A DNA stretch of 64,000 nucleotides, filler included, from Porpidia crustulata (Eukaryota), in the NCBI GenBank assembly GCA_964255105.1. It is 3 parts of 3 records of this genome, joined end to end, with 100 filler letters (N's around TTAATTAATTAA, not from the genome) between each part and the next. Parts side by side here need not be neighbours in the genome. Positions count along the whole stretch, not along the records: positions 45,844 to 64,000 come from CAXUWE010000190.1; 2 more parts are not named here. The stretch is one strand, 5' to 3'. Under the pieces are notes generated by a model. The model was given only the letters and a program-made list of their open reading frames with translations. It was not told the origin of the DNA and did no database searches. A program made the translations under genes and the position numbers. How positions within the stretch are numbered: position 1 is the stretch's first letter; every line of letters starts with the position of its first letter. This document shows positions 61,770 to 64,000 of this stretch, piece after piece.

Positions 61770-64000
61770 ATGGCTGCGCCTCCGCCTTTCACGATGCAAA
61801 CACGAGGGCGGGATAATATCAAAGTGCCGAAGAGATACGACGGTATGGTTGCGGATGTTAATCCTAAGGAAGAACTTGACCAACCAAAAGTTACATCAAA
61901 GAAAACCCGGGCTCCAGCCTATCGTGGCAAAGTCGTCGAATTTAATCCGAATCTTCCTCCTGCAGCTTTTCCGACAATAGAATTCGGACAGCAAAAACAG
62001 AACAACACACTTGTCGCGCGAGATCGTGGAACTCACAGTTCGCCGATGGAACAAACCAGCCGGAGTCTACCCTGTGAAATGCATAGACCTGCACCCTCAG
62101 CTCCCCATATCGCAAATTTCAGCAGGTTATCGTTGCTTGATTCGACAGCCGATATGTCGGTTACTCACCCATCGACAATAGAATACAATTCCCAGATACC
62201 GCGCAAACCTCGGTACACCTCTGACGGCTTGGAAATCGTGGAGATTCCTCCAGACTTCCTAGGTGATTCTCAGCCTAGACCACGAAAGGATATGGATCCG
62301 CCGAGGATAAGCGATGAGTGGTGGGATACAAGCAATGACTTGGACAACCCGGTGTACGCCAATAACATGGAGAAAATGCAACGGCTGGGTGCGAGGACAA
62401 CGCCAGAAGAGATCATGGCGGAAATGGAGACCAGTGACGAAGATGCATCACCTGCTATACCTGGAACATTGAAGAATACGCGTGGCAATCCGTCACCTGA
62501 GTCTCTGACTGGATTGTGGGAGGAGTTACCGGTCGCTCTGAAGATTTTTGTCGTGGACGCCATGTTTGACGTCCATAAAACTATATCGGAAGTTATCCGA
62601 CGTCTTCATCTCCGTAAGCCTCAACAGCGGGAAATGCTCGATCTCTTCCACAGCCAAAGTCAACGCAATATTGCCAAGGATGAAGCTGCGGCGTTTTTAC
62701 GCACAGAAGCATCGCGTATCCTATTGAGTCGTAGCCGCGACCAGCTAAAGCGGGTCACGCAGACGGGATTTGGACAACTCCTCCAAGACAACCTGTACAC
62801 AGCGATGGAAGGTGAAGACTTTTATACCGCGACAAGGGCGGAAGTGGCAAAGGCGAGGAAGTATCTAGTGTGTTGCCAGCAGGATCCTGGAATCATGGAT
62901 CACTGGATAGATGCAATGAGTGATGGCGTAATTCACCCTATTCAAGACGTCTCGAAGAATGCCAGTCTAGAGGAGACTTCTTTCTCGGGTGTTGCAAACG
63001 AGACTCAAGCCTTACAGATGATACTACGCAGGAAGCCGAGTCCTTTACACTTGGTAACCACAATGGACCACTGTATCGCAGCCCAACCCCGATCTAAACC
63101 TTCCCCCCTCAGTATTTCGCCCTCCAGCACTCCTCCAGCGCATCGTCCATTGCCTCCGCCGCAATTACCAAAACCACTCGGATTCTCCCATCAATCTATG
63201 TTCGCACTTCGTCGGGACAAATTTCCGGGGACCCCGAGAGCGTCCGACATCCAAACTCCATTACCTACGCCTGATATCTTAGTACCTAGCCAAATCCCTG
63301 GCCAAATTTCCATTACCCAGGAACGTGAACATGCCGAAAATGGGGTCAGTGACAATGACTACGAGCCCCCTGCCAAGAAACGACAACTCTCTGGCCACAC
63401 CCAGGCTTCTGTGTCGCCTTCAGCTAAACCCAAAAGTAGTATACCAGTACTCACCCGCAGGACTACCACCAAGAAGAGTCCAAGGAAGAAGGGTACCGTG
63501 GTTTCCTCTACAGCACCTCCAGCCCCTACTCCAGAGGTATCACCCCTACATCCATCCTTTACAAGCTTTCCAGCCTACAGCGCGCCACAAAACCCCATAG
63601 CAAGAACTGCCATTATGACCGACACCACGCCTATAGCCCCGATCCGGTCCCCACCCATCAGCAACAACATAAATAACATGAACAACATGAGCATCAAAAC
63701 CATCCTGAATCGAAGCCCTATACCCATAAATCCACCACCTACCGTCGCTCCTGCGCCCCCCCCAAAACTTACTAGAACCAGACGTGCAAAAGCCACTGCT
63801 CCCACAATCTCTACCAACCTATCAAAGCCCGTACTAGCATCATCCAATACCCTGCCGCCTAAAGTTCCGACGGCCACCATCCCGCCAGCGCCAGCGCCCA
63901 AGAATCCAAGAACAACACGAAAGACCGCCGCCACCAGTACTGCACTGTCGGCATCCGGGAAAGAACCGAGGAAATATCTGCCGGTGGTGAAGGGGGATGG
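61770..64000 (+). CDS. Hypothetical protein, Pro/Thr-rich C-terminal part; runs off the window (absent from the ORF track because no stop)
   Basis: Frame from ATG 61770 (MAAPPPFTMQTRGRD..VEFNPNLPPAAFPT..NPVYANNM..EMETSDED) is in phase with the last codons KEPRKYLPVVKGD, over 740 codons. Confidence 0.75.
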   Translation, partial: MAAPPPFTMQTRGRDNIKVPKRYDGMVADVNPKEELDQPKVTSKKTRAPAYRGKVVEFNPNLPPAAFPTIEFGQQKQNNTLVARDRGTHSSPMEQTSRSLPCEMHRPAPSAPHIANFSRLSLLDSTADMSVTHPSTIEYNSQIPRKPRYTSDGLEIVEIPPDFLGDSQPRPRKDMDPPRISDEWWDTSNDLDNPVYANNMEKMQRLGARTTPEEIMAEMETSDEDASPAIPGTLKNTRGNPSPESLTGLWEELPVALKIFVVDAMFDVHKTISEVIRRLHLRKPQQREMLDLFHSQSQRNIAKDEAAAFLRTEASRILLSRSRDQLKRVTQTGFGQLLQDNLYTAMEGEDFYTATRAEVAKARKYLVCCQQDPGIMDHWIDAMSDGVIHPIQDVSKNASLEETSFSGVANETQALQMILRRKPSPLHLVTTMDHCIAAQPRSKPSPLSISPSSTPPAHRPLPPPQLPKPLGFSHQSMFALRRDKFPGTPRASDIQTPLPTPDILVPSQIPGQISITQEREHAENGVSDNDYEPPAKKRQLSGHTQASVSPSAKPKSSIPVLTRRTTTKKSPRKKGTVVSSTAPPAPTPEVSPLHPSFTSFPAYSAPQNPIARTAIMTDTTPIAPIRSPPISNNINNMNNMSIKTILNRSPIPINPPPTVAPAPPPKLTRTRRAKATAPTISTNLSKPVLASSNTLPPKVPTATIPPAPAPKNPRTTRKTAATSTALSASGKEPRKYLPVVKGD

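Overview
Filamentous ascomycete (Pezizomycotina-type) nuclear DNA with short spliceosomal introns, built from three contigs joined by artificial 100-nt N/TTAATTAATTAA spacers (22842-22941, 45744-45843). The first contig ends in an accessory, partly decayed region. It holds a fossil O-methyltransferase/diterpene-cyclase gene pair, then an intact head-to-head pair of a gasdermin-like gene (10756-11709, -) and a CHAT caspase-like protease-STAND NTPase-helical repeat (NLR-type) gene (12106-16453, +). These are followed by a PD-(D/E)xK-like pseudogene, a dead Tc1/mariner transposase, a HET-domain gene and an AT-rich relic. The gasdermin/CHAT-NLR pair is the most notable system: a probable sensor-protease/pore-former cell-death module. 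The rest is mostly housekeeping genes (RMD1-family, VPS41, prefoldin 6, VPS4, prenylcysteine lyase, BMS1, I9 inhibitor, PDK/BCKDK-family kinase, dual-specificity phosphatase), several Ser/Thr-rich secreted genes and a second HET gene with one nonsense codon. All calls come from motif recognition and manual splicing; no database search was run.
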